Shown here piece by piece: positions 19,991 through 29,180 of a stretch of 64,000 nucleotides of DNA. The translations under genes were made by a program, and so were the position numbers. A model generated the notes under the pieces. The model had not been told where the DNA came from, did not search any database, and saw nothing but the letters and a program-made list of their open reading frames with translations. Origin of the DNA: a virus; IMG/VR virus record IMGVR_UViG_3300050821_002540, positions 9,694 through 73,693 of that record; one strand, written 5' to 3'. The first letter of the stretch is position 1; each line of letters opens with the position of its first letter.

Positions 19991-20705
19991 ATGTAGACTG
20001 TCATATCCACATCCATCACATACTGTTCTTGGCCCAAATCCATTTATGTGCCCTGGAATACCCTACCCGGACGCAACATCATCTAATATCCCAGTCTACT
20101 CGTGCGGCCAGGGTGCCACTCACGATAAGCACACTTACGAGAACGACGGCACCAAGTGGCTGTGTCTAGGTATTCATGAACACCCAGAACTAGATGACAG
20201 TATCATTAAGGCGCGACTCCATGTGAAGTTGTGCAATCTTGGCTATGGCCATAAGGCACACCGTTCCACCTTTGAGGGCCAGAATGTAATGTGTCCAGGT
20301 CGCGAGCACACCATCGAGACAACGCCAGAATTCGATGAAGGAAAAATGAACACAACCCGAGATGCCGCGGCAGACTTCATGACTGAATGTGGCCTGGACC
20401 CCACTCCGGACGCTATAGGACAGCTCGCGGAAGTGTTCCTGCCATGCCTGAAGATTATGTGTGAGCGGGGGTATGACCCTGACGGCCTTACATGGAAAGC
20501 CGAGGGCTGGCGCGGCATGGTATGGAAGGCACGCGACAAGATGACGCGACTGTGGTTTCATGCCTGGGGGAATGGGAATGACCACCCAGACTCAGCAGTC
20601 GACTGCATCAATTACCTCGGCTTCTACATAAGGCTGAGGAATGGAATCGGTAGTGAGTGGGGCGACCGTGGCGCCCCAGGAGGTGTTAGTGAAGATCTAC
20701 ATTGA
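19980..20705 (+). CDS. Nmad1/DUF1599-like nucleotide-modification-associated protein with N-terminal Cys/His repeats
   Basis: C-terminal W...G..G...ARDK..RL...DSAVDCINY pattern; a second RBS-linked ATG at 20346. Confidence 0.55.
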   Translation: MPSECRLSYPHPSHTVLGPNPFMCPGIPYPDATSSNIPVYSCGQGATHDKHTYENDGTKWLCLGIHEHPELDDSIIKARLHVKLCNLGYGHKAHRSTFEGQNVMCPGREHTIETTPEFDEGKMNTTRDAAADFMTECGLDPTPDAIGQLAEVFLPCLKIMCERGYDPDGLTWKAEGWRGMVWKARDKMTRLWFHAWGNGNDHPDSAVDCINYLGFYIRLRNGIGSEWGDRGAPGGVSEDLH

Positions 20706-20794
20706 CCTGGATGATCAGTGGGTCGGTAGGTACCGTGGGCCAAACCATAACTATGTATGTATTATACCGTGCATAGTCATAAGGTGGAAGAGGC

Positions 20795-21730
20795 GTGTCG
20801 ACAAGAATTAGGTTCGTCAACTTGCACCACCACACCACGTTCAGTACCGGTGATGGGTACCGTCTTCCTGTGATACATGTGGCCCGTGCAGCTGAGCTTG
20901 GGTACGGGGCGGCTACTGTCACCGAGCACGGAAATGTAAGCAGCTTCTTTCAGCACGAGAAGGCATGTCTGAAGGCAGGCATCAAGCCCATCTTTGGACT
21001 GGAGGCATACTGTGGACCTGTTGATCTTGAACGACGGTCGGCCTGGAAATATCACCTCACCATCCTGGCCAGTGATCAGGAGGGATATCGAAGCCTCAAT
21101 AAGATCGTCACACAGAGTTACAAGGACTTCTATAGCAAGCCTACGGTTTCAGGACAGTCGCTGGCAACAAACTCGCGAGGATTGGTTGCTCTTTCAGGAT
21201 GTAGCGGCTCTCTGCTCGCGTGTACCCTCCTTGGAGGAAAGGGTATTCCTGAACCTGAAGAGCCTGATATGGGAGCTGCCGAGGATGTCGCCCGGAGATT
21301 CTCCGATCTGTTCGGAGATCGTTATTTCCTTGAAATACAGCCCTTCTATGAGCTTGAGCGAACTATCGCAATCAACACTGCATACGATAAGCTCTCCAAG
21401 ACCACCGGAGTCCGGCTCGTCGTTACGAATGACGTTCACTACCCACGGATGGAGGATGCTGAAATGCAGGCTGTACTTCACGCCACCCACCGAGGAAAGC
21501 ATAGCGTGGATGACGTCATGCGCGAGTGGAACTACAAGGTGCCATGTACCCTACCCGAGTCAGACAAGGCACTGGCTGACCGACTCATCAAGACTGGCCT
21601 TACCAAGTACCAGGCTTATGCTGCTATCGAGACAAGCGCAGAGATAGCCGAGACCTGTAACGTAACTCTCCCAAAGGCAGAGCGCCTCCACTACCCAATA
21701 TCAGAAGAGGATCAGGAGTCATGGACATAA
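20795..21730 (+). CDS. dnaE: DNA polymerase III alpha, stand-alone PHP domain
   Basis: FVNLHHHTTFS..DG, TEHGN, GIKPIFGLEAY, HLTILA, LSGC, TNDVHY. Confidence 0.92.
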   Translation: MSTRIRFVNLHHHTTFSTGDGYRLPVIHVARAAELGYGAATVTEHGNVSSFFQHEKACLKAGIKPIFGLEAYCGPVDLERRSAWKYHLTILASDQEGYRSLNKIVTQSYKDFYSKPTVSGQSLATNSRGLVALSGCSGSLLACTLLGGKGIPEPEEPDMGAAEDVARRFSDLFGDRYFLEIQPFYELERTIAINTAYDKLSKTTGVRLVVTNDVHYPRMEDAEMQAVLHATHRGKHSVDDVMREWNYKVPCTLPESDKALADRLIKTGLTKYQAYAAIETSAEIAETCNVTLPKAERLHYPISEEDQESWT

Positions 21731-22071
21731 GCGGGATGATAGAGGCGATTAAGGAAATTGATGACTGGCTCGACAATGGAGCGAGTAGCGAGTATAAGGA
21801 ACAGCCACTAGCTCAGGACTGGGCCAGGATAAGTAAGCTGGCTGAAGAGGTAGGTGAGGCAATATCAGAATTTATACTGGCTACCGGACAGAACCCACGT
21901 AAGGGCAAGGACCTGCTAGCTGAGGAACGTATGCTTCTTGAGATGGCTGACGTTGTATGGGGAGGGGTACTGTGCATACAACACTTCACCAAGAACTGGT
22001 GGAGAACAGAAGATATACTCAGGGGGAAGCTCGAAGCACTACATGCACGGGTGCCAGATGAAGAAGCCTGA
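21721..22071 (+). CDS. MazG-like nucleotide pyrophosphohydrolase
   Basis: KLAEEVGE...EMADV acidic motifs. Confidence 0.75.
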   Translation: MDISGMIEAIKEIDDWLDNGASSEYKEQPLAQDWARISKLAEEVGEAISEFILATGQNPRKGKDLLAEERMLLEMADVVWGGVLCIQHFTKNWWRTEDILRGKLEALHARVPDEEA

Positions 22072-22199
22072 CTACCTTACCTGGCTAGAGATCAGGAATT
22101 TCCTCTTCTGGGCTGGACTACTGGCATTCATGTTTTCTGCTGCAGCCGTCGCTCTCCTGTTCATGGATGAGGTACTCTACGGGATAGCGAACTGGTACT

Positions 22200-24461
22200 A
22201 TGGATAGCAAGGAGCTTCTATGGCACTGGTGCCGCGAGGGCTGGCGGTTCAGGAAGATCGCACAGCGCCCTAAGCAGCAACAAGACTGGTATGCTGAGCG
22301 GGTTAAGTATGAGATGAACCTCATACTTGAGAAGGGGTTTGCTGACTACTTCCTGATGGTGTCGGATGCTATCAGGTGGGGAAAGGACAATGGTGTTGCC
22401 TTCGGGCCGGGACGTGGTTCAGTTGCTGCCTCGAATGTCGCCTGGCTGATAAGGATCACGGAGATTGATCCGGAACGTCACCGTGATATGATTTTTGAAA
22501 GGTTCATTGATGTCTCACGAGCAGACCCGCCAGACATCGACATCGACTGCTCCGATGAAGACCGATGGAAGATCAAGGAGTACCTTTCCGACAAGTACGG
22601 CGCAGCGTGTGTGGGTCAGATTGCGAACTACGTCAGGTACAGGGGGAAGAACAGCCTGGGTGACGTTGCGCGTGTTTATGGAATACCAATATCAGCAAAG
22701 GAGGTGGTGTCTAACCTGGTCATCGAAAGGTCGGGCGGTGACTCCCGGTTTGATGCCACGCTTGAGGACACATTTGAGTTCTTCCCGGCTGCGGCCGATA
22801 TGCTCAAGGCTTACCCCAAATTCGCGCAGGCACCTCGTCTTGAAGGTGACATCCGGGGCATGTCAGTACACGCGGCTGGCCTCGTAATTTCCAGTACGCC
22901 ACTAACTGATATCTGTGCTGTGTACGAGCGCGACGGCGTGCGCTGTGTTAGCTTCGACAAGTACGATGCTGAGTACCTCAATGTACTCAAGCTAGACTTC
23001 CTTGGCCTTACAACCATGGGTATGATTGCCCGCTGCCTGGAGCTAGCCGGGCTTACACTGGAGGATCTGTATGCTATTCCGGACACGGACCAGGAAACCA
23101 TTGACCTCTTTCGACGAGGTGACGTCACTGGAGTGTTCCAGTTTGAGGGTCGAGCTACCCGAATTGTCAATAGAGATGTTTGTCCTGATAACTTCGCACA
23201 CATTGCCGATATCAACGCTCTCTCCAGGCCTGGTCCTCTTTTCTCCGGCCAGACCGCTGAGTACGTCTCAGTGCGACACGGACGTGGACGGCCTACTCGA
23301 ATGCACCCGCTGGTGGATGAGATCACGAATAGAACTTATGGCCAGATCATCTACCAGGAACAGATTCTGAGAATCCTTCGCGAGATGGGGGGATTTGACT
23401 GGTTCTCGGTAGGAGAGATCCGGCGAATCATATCCAAGAAACTCGGTGAGGCTGCCTTTCAGATGAGTTCCGAGAAGTTCGCGGAAGGGGCCGAGCGGCT
23501 TCACGGCATCAATAGGGAGATGAGCGACAAGATATGGAAACGCCTTGTTACAAGTGGTACCTACTCGTTCAACATCGCCCATGCAATCTCCTACTCTACC
23601 CTAGCATTCTGGACTGCGTGGCTAAAAACTCATCACCAGACGGAGTTCTATGCGGCCTCACTGGCGAAAGCCTCAGGGGATCAGGAGGCACAGTTCCGTC
23701 TGATGAAGGATGCCCTTGGGCACGGACATTCAGTGGTGCCGCCTATCCTAAACGCCAGTCACAGTACGTGGCATTCTGTTCCGCATCTGGGGATTGTTGC
23801 TGGCTGGCAGCAAGTACCGGGGATAGGAGCAAAGACAGCCGACCGGATTGATGAGCTTCGCTGGGGGCCGGATGGCAAAAAGTTTAACAGCTGGGATGAC
23901 CTTCAGAAGGTACCAGGAATCGGCCCGAAGACAGTAGAGAGTATGGAGATGTTCGCTACGGCTCATGACCCGTTCGGACTGCTGAAGACCGGACAGAAGA
24001 TGACCAAGGTAAAAAAGTGGATACGGTCGAGAGATAACATAACGCACTGCCCATTTCCAACTCATGATGGTGCTGGCCTGTCCGTCATCCAGATGCCGGA
24101 GATAGACAGGACAAAGAAGTTCCAGAAGGGCCCAAGAGTCATATACTGCGGCATAGTAAAAGCTCGCGAGTATAAGGACATTGTTGAGGACACACGCTCG
24201 CGTACTGGCCAGGAGGTAGAGGAAATCCTGGCAAACCTGAAGCGTTCAGACCTTATCAAGACATGCTCAATCAGGTGTTTCGACACAACTGAGGAAGAGG
24301 TTTACGTCAGGGTCAACCGCTGGGTTTTCCCAAGGCTAAAGAGTAAGATAGACTCGATAGCGGTAGGACACGACGTTATCGTTGTCGAGGGGAACCGCAT
24401 CTCAGGCTTCGGCACTCCAGTAATGGCCGAGAAGATATGGGTGATCAATCCAGATGACTGA
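22200..24461 (+). CDS. dnaE: DNA polymerase III alpha, catalytic part
   Basis: GPGRGS, FERF, PDIDID, HAAG, KLDFLGL, GVFQFEG, RPGP, YSFNIAHA. Confidence 0.95.
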   Translation: MDSKELLWHWCREGWRFRKIAQRPKQQQDWYAERVKYEMNLILEKGFADYFLMVSDAIRWGKDNGVAFGPGRGSVAASNVAWLIRITEIDPERHRDMIFERFIDVSRADPPDIDIDCSDEDRWKIKEYLSDKYGAACVGQIANYVRYRGKNSLGDVARVYGIPISAKEVVSNLVIERSGGDSRFDATLEDTFEFFPAAADMLKAYPKFAQAPRLEGDIRGMSVHAAGLVISSTPLTDICAVYERDGVRCVSFDKYDAEYLNVLKLDFLGLTTMGMIARCLELAGLTLEDLYAIPDTDQETIDLFRRGDVTGVFQFEGRATRIVNRDVCPDNFAHIADINALSRPGPLFSGQTAEYVSVRHGRGRPTRMHPLVDEITNRTYGQIIYQEQILRILREMGGFDWFSVGEIRRIISKKLGEAAFQMSSEKFAEGAERLHGINREMSDKIWKRLVTSGTYSFNIAHAISYSTLAFWTAWLKTHHQTEFYAASLAKASGDQEAQFRLMKDALGHGHSVVPPILNASHSTWHSVPHLGIVAGWQQVPGIGAKTADRIDELRWGPDGKKFNSWDDLQKVPGIGPKTVESMEMFATAHDPFGLLKTGQKMTKVKKWIRSRDNITHCPFPTHDGAGLSVIQMPEIDRTKKFQKGPRVIYCGIVKAREYKDIVEDTRSRTGQEVEEILANLKRSDLIKTCSIRCFDTTEEEVYVRVNRWVFPRLKSKIDSIAVGHDVIVVEGNRISGFGTPVMAEKIWVINPDD

Positions 24462-25333
24462 TTCACTTATAATTCGCCGGGCTTTTCGGGCCGGTCTATG
24501 TCCATGCTGTTTCTCCCCTCTCTTTGGCTGGACAGCACAGGACGGTACCGAATATGAGCCAGCTCCAATAGCAGAGGGCGTCATGCTCTGCGGAAGATGC
24601 ATCGGGAACAGGCACCAGGATGAGGCAGCAGAGACAGTCCTCAAGGCACTAGCAGAGTAGGGGTAATGTGGTACAATATAGCATACTGGATGTGGTTCCA
24701 GGTTCATTGGTGGACCATGATCATAGTACCGGCAGCCATATTCCTGTCAGCATTCACAGTAGCACTAGTCAAGGCACTAGCAAGGAGATTCATGTGAAGA
24801 TAGAAGTCAAGTTCACGTCAGAGCCTACGGACCCTCCAGAGTGGACTGGCCTTGATGGCAAGACACTTACGGCTGAGTGCGTTGATAGGCTTAACATAAA
24901 CACATCGACAGACTCAATCGAATGGGCAGAAAACACAGTATGTCACAGAGAGCCGCTCACTACCGGAGAAATGAAAGTTATATCTCACGGACTTAGAGCG
25001 GTATGGAGTGAATGATGATGACATCAGTATGTATTAAATGCGGGGCCGTCTACTGGACTAAAGACGGACACTCATGCAGCAAGGTGAAGTCATGATTACG
25101 CCAGAGCAGATCAAGTCGGCGGAAGAGAAGTATGGCATCAAGGTTCCCGCCAGGGGCGAGCCAATCCTGGCTCGTCACAAGGACGGCGGGAACGTATTCT
25201 CAGGCACAGTAGGCACTGTAGGGATGAGCTTTATCAGTTTGGGAATGGAAATATTCATCGAGATAGAGACAGCAAGCGGAACCAACACGGTAATCTTTCC
25301 GGCACTAGGCGACAAGTTCAAGATCTGGGAGTC

Positions 25334-25693
25334 ATGATGAAGCTTTACCTGGCAGGACCGATGCGCGGCTACAAGAACCAGAACAGGGAGGCATTCGAGA
25401 CAGCATGCGCAAAGCTTCGCGACATGCAGCATGAGGTGTTTAATCCGGTCGAGCTAGAAGACAGGCTTAGGTCGGTATGGTCAAAGAAGCCAATACTCCG
25501 CGAGCTCATGGGCATGGACTGCAAGTACATCTGTGAGGAAGCGGAGGGGGTAGTGTGCCTACCAGGATGGCCAGGATCAAATGGAGCACTAGCCGAGGTT
25601 CATCTGGCATGGGCAATCGGCATACCAGTGTATGAGTATGAGATGTTCTCCACCAACAGGATCAGGGAAGTTAAGGGTGTCCCTAATGGCTGA
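25334..25693 (+). CDS. Nucleoside 2-deoxyribosyltransferase-like (DUF4406)
   Basis: YLAGPM.G...N..AF; NP; LPGW..S.GA..E..LA...G. Confidence 0.8.
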   Translation: MMKLYLAGPMRGYKNQNREAFETACAKLRDMQHEVFNPVELEDRLRSVWSKKPILRELMGMDCKYICEEAEGVVCLPGWPGSNGALAEVHLAWAIGIPVYEYEMFSTNRIREVKGVPNG

Positions 25694-26422
25694 CAGGAAA
25701 AGGCTACTGGAGAACGGGGAATGGGCAACTCCCTTCTACTCCACCGGCCGCGTCGATGTGGTGTCAGGGGAAGTATACAATGATATGAAAGAGTCGGCCA
25801 GGTCAATGAAGCTTGGTCTTACAGAACCAATAGTTGAGGAGGGCGAAAAGGACGGACACAGAGGCCGGATCATAACGGTGAGATGTGGGGTGCTTGATGA
25901 TAGCTGAGAAGCAGCTTGTCGGCGATGCAGACTACATGGATGTGACAACCTTTGCCCTCCATATGACCCACCGGCACCTTGACTCACTTGGAGGGCTTAC
26001 GCGACTTTCTGACAGGCTTGATGACTATATGGAAGAGTGCTGGCGAATCTTCCATGACCGGCTACACGCAACCCGAGTTGACCTGGAGCATGAGCATGCG
26101 CGTAATGATAGCTAGCGTTATACTGAACGTACCAAATGCAATGACCGAGTCAAATGTAATCGAGGAACTGTATGTATCGATTGCATTCGGGAACCCAAAG
26201 ATAGTGATTCAGTACGTCGGGGAGGATGACTCCGGTCCAGCGGTCTAGGATCGATTCTAAGGCTCTGTGCCCCCGGAGGGTATACCGGAGTACCCCCGAC
26301 CCCCTTTCATGGCCTCTACGGCTCTCTCCGGGCCGTGCATAGGTTTGCACTAAGCTCCCCTACCGGCGAACCGGCCGGTAGGGAGTGATTATAACGGCCA
26401 GATAACGATATTCGTTACCGTC

Positions 26423-26452
26423 TAGTAACCGGCCCCCTGCGGGGAGTAGCGT
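26423..26452 (+). promoter_or_regulatory. Putative promoter TAGTAA-N18-TAGCGT for the Rpf/NlpC operon
   Basis: Family-like hexamers; CA/TG-free over 26440-26479. Confidence 0.45.
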
Positions 26453-26524
26453 CGTTCGGGCTAGGCGACTACGGCCCCTCATGTACCAGCCGGGGCCGGT
26501 CGCACCTACAATGTTAGGACACCA

Positions 26525-27301
26525 ATGGTTAGGAGCATTACCAGGGGCATTGTCCCTGCAGCGTGTATCCTGCTGCTTGCGTTCCTCAGTACATTCGCCG
26601 GAGTCCCGGCCAACGCAGCAAGAATTAGCCCCCAGCCTGTAACTCAGCAGAGGGCACTACGACTCGACATCCAGCGCATCACGGCGGACATCACCGCCCC
26701 GGACATCATAGCGGCAGCCGCATCACGGCTCCTTGACGTCCAGCGCAAGTCGGCTCGTGCAGTCTCGACGGCAGCGTACACCGCTGCCCAGCTTAGCGCG
26801 TTCCATGCCTTCCACATGGGGCACCTCGCCCACCTAGCTCACGAGCGCGCCCGCAGGACACTCCTGCTGACATCGGCAGCCCAGAGCTCAGATAGCGAGG
26901 GCAGCGGCGACAGTGATGGCACCCCGGCCCCGGTCGTCAAGGCCCCTCCCGTATCACACGGTGATGGGGACAGCGACAGCGACGACGGTAGTTCCGCCCC
27001 GGTACCCACAAGTAGCGACAGTGCGAGCCATAGTGCCCCTGTCAGCAATAGTGGCGGAGGGTACACTGTAGGAAGCTCATTCCAGGCGTGCGTGATCCGG
27101 GCCGAGTCCGGTGGTAACCCGAATATCTGGAATGCTTCTGGCCACTGGGGCCTGTACCAGTTCAGCGCGAGTACCTGGGCAATGCACGGCGGTGACCCGT
27201 CCCTCTTCGGGAACGCCTCAGCAGCCTACCAGACCCAGATCTTCTGGAACACGGTCAAGGCTGACGGAACCTCAGACTGGGCGCCGTACGATGGCTGCTA
27301 A
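26525..27301 (+). CDS. Secreted resuscitation-promoting-factor-like lytic transglycosylase
   Basis: Signal peptide ending ANA; Ser/Asp linker; C-terminal CVIRAESGGN...GLYQFSASTW..GG...AS...Q Rpf-type domain. Confidence 0.82.
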   Translation: MVRSITRGIVPAACILLLAFLSTFAGVPANAARISPQPVTQQRALRLDIQRITADITAPDIIAAAASRLLDVQRKSARAVSTAAYTAAQLSAFHAFHMGHLAHLAHERARRTLLLTSAAQSSDSEGSGDSDGTPAPVVKAPPVSHGDGDSDSDDGSSAPVPTSSDSASHSAPVSNSGGGYTVGSSFQACVIRAESGGNPNIWNASGHWGLYQFSASTWAMHGGDPSLFGNASAAYQTQIFWNTVKADGTSDWAPYDGC

Positions 27302-28172
27302 GACAATTGCGCTAATCCTCGCGCCACTAGCAGTCATCGCTGGCCTGTTCCTGGCGCCAGCTACTTCCGCACTCGCCTCGCCTGTTGTTCCGGCCACTGT
27401 GTCTGCCATCCTCCCGGCTCCGCACGGCCTACATGTAACCCATCTTAGTGTGGGCCGGGCCGATCTAGCCTGGGATGCAGTACCGGGTGCTCGGGTGTAT
27501 GAGCTACGCATCGAGGGTGCCACACAATATGACCATGTACTCAGGCCAGGGCAGCGGTCGGCCTATGCACTACTCAGGCCGGGTAGGTACTGGGCGAATG
27601 TACGGGCCGGTAGCTCGTCACGTGATGTTCACGGACACTGGTCCACAACAATTCACTTCACGATGCCTAGCGCCTGTTCACGAGCATGCCGTGCCGTACA
27701 CTACGCATATGACCAGATCGGATGCCCGTACGTGTACGGCGCGACTGGCCCGTGCGGCAATGGCTTCGACTGTTCCGGCCTGGTAATGTCTGCCTGGTAT
27801 TACGCTGGCGTGTCCCTCCCCCGCACTACATGGAGTATGTGGGCTGGCCTCCAGCATATCTCGCGAAGTTCTCTCCAGCCTGGAGACCTAGTGTTTGGTA
27901 ATGGCTTCGGCCATGTGATGATCTACGTAGGCAGCGGCTACGTCATCCAGGCGGAACATACCGGAACCAACATCATGAAGTCCTCCCTGTCGTACGTCGG
28001 CACCATAGATGGATATGCGAGGGTGTTATGCGGACATACATGGAAGACTGCAGAGACTGTGGTGGAGCAGGACTGCAGCCGGGGGCATCAGGAATGGTGC
28101 CATGCCAGACGTGCCACGGCGTACCCAGGCCGACGAAAGCCTAGCTTTCAGCCGCCCGGTAGGGTAGGCTAG
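27291..28172 (+). CDS. Secreted NlpC/P60 peptidoglycan endopeptidase with Fn3-like domain
   Basis: Signal peptide; PYVYGA.GP..GFDCSGLV; LPRT; LQPGDLVF..GHV.IY. Confidence 0.9.
   Translation: MAAKTIALILAPLAVIAGLFLAPATSALASPVVPATVSAILPAPHGLHVTHLSVGRADLAWDAVPGARVYELRIEGATQYDHVLRPGQRSAYALLRPGRYWANVRAGSSSRDVHGHWSTTIHFTMPSACSRACRAVHYAYDQIGCPYVYGATGPCGNGFDCSGLVMSAWYYAGVSLPRTTWSMWAGLQHISRSSLQPGDLVFGNGFGHVMIYVGSGYVIQAEHTGTNIMKSSLSYVGTIDGYARVLCGHTWKTAETVVEQDCSRGHQEWCHARRATAYPGRRKPSFQPPGRVG
28142..28170 (+). promoter_or_regulatory. Phage promoter TAGCTT-N17-TAGGCT
   Basis: Hexamers identical to 1539 and 28865. Confidence 0.7.
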
Positions 28173-28224
28173 AAGCCTAGGGTACGAAACGTCCAGTCGC
28201 CTAGATGGAACGGAGGTGAGTTGC

Positions 28225-28326
28225 ATGAACAAGGGAGGAACGCTTCACGCAGAGGCGCACGGCCCGTCGCACGGAGTCACGGAGTTCCCGTGGATCACTC
28301 TGGTCGAGGGCGAGCTGCCCAAGTAA
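28225..28326 (+). CDS. 33-aa small ORF (MNKGGTLHAEAHG...)
   Basis: Strong RBS GGAGGTGA; downstream of promoter 28142; not in the ORF track. Confidence 0.5.
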   Translation: MNKGGTLHAEAHGPSHGVTEFPWITLVEGELPK

Positions 28327-28560
28327 AGTAACAAACTGTCCGGCGCCATCAACTACAACCATAATTAAATACTGGGGTTCCAGGCGAGCCAGGACTGGAT
28401 GTAAAATACAGTGGCTTAATACCGTGCCCCTTCAAAATTAAATAACCGGCGGCCGATCCTCAGTGAGTTAGAGGTGGATACACCGTTTCACCGGGAGTAG
28501 AACTGGAGAGCTACTCAGTCCGGAAGCAGAGTGAGGATGGACGGGCCACCCGCCGCCGTC

Positions 28561-28656
28561 GGGGCCAGGTAAAGCACTACCTGGCCCCCGGCCCCAGGGA
28601 GTGCGTGAGACTCCCTGGGGCCTAAGCCCCCAGGAGGAACAAAGCCTCCTGGGGGC
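28561..28656. repeat. Three adjacent perfect GC-rich hairpins
   Basis: Stems of 11, 13 and 12 bp at 28561-28588, 28590-28622 and 28626-28656. Confidence 0.8.
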
Positions 28657-28864
28657 CTCTCCATTTACAGGAGGAATCATGATGACAAACGGTGCTCTCA
28701 TTGAAGAGCTCAAGAAGCGTAATCCAATGGGTAACGCTCAGATCTTCATCAGGGGCTTTGATCCTGATGGCAACTCAGCCTACTTCGAGATAACAAATGT
28801 AAATGGGTTCATTGATGGCCCGGATACTGTCATTGAGGCAGGCGAGGTTATCTGCACCGGCCCC

Positions 28865-28893
28865 TAGCTTTGCACGGCTCGCGCGGGTAGGCT
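28865..28893 (+). promoter_or_regulatory. Phage promoter TAGCTT-N17-TAGGCT
   Basis: Family member; RBS AGGAGGCGAG then ATG 28917. Confidence 0.75.
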
Positions 28894-28916
28894 AGTAGGA
28901 GCGCTAGGAGGCGAGA

Positions 28917-29180
28917 ATGAAGAAGTCAGAGCTGAAGAGGAAGCTTCGCCAGGTGCAATGGCAGCTCGAGGAACTACAAACCAGGAATCAGGTAGTGAAG
29001 AGGGCAGCACTCAGGGAGCGAATCATCCAGCTACTGAATGATGCCAAGCTCAATACCAACGACGAGACAAAGCTGTGCCAGCTTCAGTGCGAGATCGACA
29101 ATCTTGCCGAGGGACGATGGGATGGCCCGGTACCGGCAGATCACCCGGACATAATGGGAGGCGAGAATGAAAGACAATGA
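28917..29180 (+). CDS. Hypothetical coiled-coil protein
   Basis: Promoter and RBS. Confidence 0.65.
   Translation: MKKSELKRKLRQVQWQLEELQTRNQVVKRAALRERIIQLLNDAKLNTNDETKLCQLQCEIDNLAEGRWDGPVPADHPDIMGGENERQ

Noticed and set aside
21700-22230. Split intein or intron in DnaE
   Set aside because: No intein terminal motifs; the gap holds two ordinary ORFs; joining at the shared ATGGA would be out of frame.
26350-26524. c-di-AMP (ydaO) riboswitch ahead of the Rpf-like gene
   Set aside because: Hairpins are present but the conserved GCTGAATCC, GGGGAACC and GTCAGCTAAC elements are absent.
28040-28200. Group I intron or hammerhead ribozyme (CTGCAGAGACTG; CCGACGA...GAA)
   Set aside because: No P/Q/S elements and no downstream exon; the hammerhead core geometry is incomplete; part of the region is better explained as a family promoter.
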